A stretch of DNA of 63,277 nt, the filler included, from Reticulomyxa filosa (taxonomy: Eukaryota > Protista > Foraminifera), in assembly GCA_000512085.1 (NCBI GenBank). It is 17 parts of 17 records of this genome, joined end to end, with 100 filler letters (N's around TTAATTAATTAA, not from the genome) between each part and the next. Parts side by side here need not be neighbours in the genome. Positions count along the whole stretch, not along the records: positions 62,278 to 63,277 come from ASPP01049452.1; 16 more parts are not named here. One strand, written 5' to 3'. Shown here one piece after another: positions 62,178 through 63,277 of the stretch. The translations under genes and the position numbers were made by a program. Position 1 is the stretch's first letter. Each line of letters opens with the position of its first letter. The notes beneath the pieces are model-generated. The model did not search any database, was not told the origin of the DNA, and saw only the letters and a list, made by a program, of their open reading frames with translations.

Positions 62178-63277
62178 NNNNNNNNNNNNNNNNNNNNNNN
62201 NNNNNNNNNNNNNNNNNNNNNTTAATTAATTAANNNNNNNNNNNNNNNNNNNNNNNNNNNNNNNNNNNNNNNNNNNNAAAAAATTTGTTTCGGAAGTATG
62301 CAGTAAATAGAAGTTCCTGTTGAACCATAATTATATTTTTTCTGCAATTGAATCAATTTTTATTTTTTGTTGAAAATTACCAAAAAAACCATTATTATTA
62401 CACTTTGTGTAGCTTCTGATATGAAATGAAAAAAAAATACTATATACATAACTTGAATCCTGATAGATGATCACAATGACAAATTGATAAATATATGTTA
62501 ACTTGTGACCAATAAGATTATGGAACTGGTCACTAGCTTATGCGATAGCATCATAAAGATCATATTGTTATTAGTGACTAGTGATATTCAATCACTATAT
62601 ATAAATCGATGTATGATATAATATATTTTTTTAGCATATATAAAAACTTTTTTGTCATAATTTTTTTTTTGTTAATTTTAATAATTTATTAAATTAATTT
62701 TGTTATTTTTGTTTGATATTTGATATCAAGTTTTTCATAACTCAATCTAGCGAAATGATGTTATTGCTTTTTTAGTTTTTGACTAGTGTATTTTCAGTCT
62801 CGCAAAAAAGGCATTGATTGGCTGTTCTCACATACAAATATTTTTTTTGTTTTTGTTTTTTGGATTTCTTCTAGATTCGATTGGGACGCTATAATGATTG
62901 TTAGATCTGAATTTCAAAGTTCAAAAGAGCTAATGAAATAATTGATTATTGACCTTTTTTTTCTACAGTTCAGCCCAGTCTTTTTGCTTTCTTCGATCTA
63001 TTTAGTTTCATTTTGTTAATGGTTTTTTGTTTTGTTTTGCTATATTTTGTTAAGAAATACTATACACAAGCTTTGTTTTGATAATCTCTTTTCGTTGCCG
63101 ATTAACTTTTTTTCATGCTAACTTTTCGTTATTGTTGCAAAACATGTTCTGCTAATTTTTCAAAATTAACAATAATTGTGGCAATTCTCACATGTATTCC
63201 AATCGCTATTTGCGAGCATGGTATTTGAAATGATGAAAACATAGAAGATGTATAAGGCTTTGTCACTTTAAGAGAAA

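Noticed and set aside
5586-62277. Recurrent palindromic TTAATTAATTAA as a biological repeat or CRISPR-like array
   Set aside because: Always centred in exactly 44+44 N with stops in all six frames, so it is a concatenation linker.
1-63277. Operon-like or cluster interpretation of the genes across the window
   Set aside because: The genes lie on 17 independent contigs, so only within-contig adjacency is meaningful.
62278-63277. Possible coding remnants in the last contig
   Set aside because: No ORF of 60 aa or more and no recognisable motif.
1-63277. tRNA, rRNA or other structured RNA genes
   Set aside because: None recognised by eye. A covariance-model scan would be needed to exclude them.

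Overview
This is not a contiguous locus. It is 17 short, very AT-rich, intron-containing eukaryotic contigs joined by 16 identical artificial 100-bp linkers (44N-TTAATTAATTAA-44N), so adjacency across linkers is meaningless. The standard genetic code, short homopolymer-rich GT-AG introns and the amplified WD40/Kelch/TPR/caspase-like families with many pseudogenes resemble the foraminiferan Reticulomyxa filosa (inference from memory, not a search). Recognisable genes: LAMTOR2, ASF1, NDUFAF7, the 5' end of SEPSECS (absent from the ORF track), DRG2, an SLC25 carrier, an XK-family protein, a DCAF8-like WD40, a GPCR-PIP kinase, a multicopper oxidase, a MIB/HERC2-domain protein and two related Ser/Thr kinases. 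The best novelty candidate is a ~34-aa module (YWIRxLxIKxGWIxDFDK) carried on its own phase-0 exon and attached N-terminally to WD40 propellers and C-terminally to a Kelch propeller (3 copies here). Other candidates are an alpha-(pseudo)kinase spliced in frame to a nischarin-like LRR/PH protein, a PHTF/7TM-ion-channel-like protein, and two diverged copies of an unidentified decayed element. All family calls are by-eye motif recognition.
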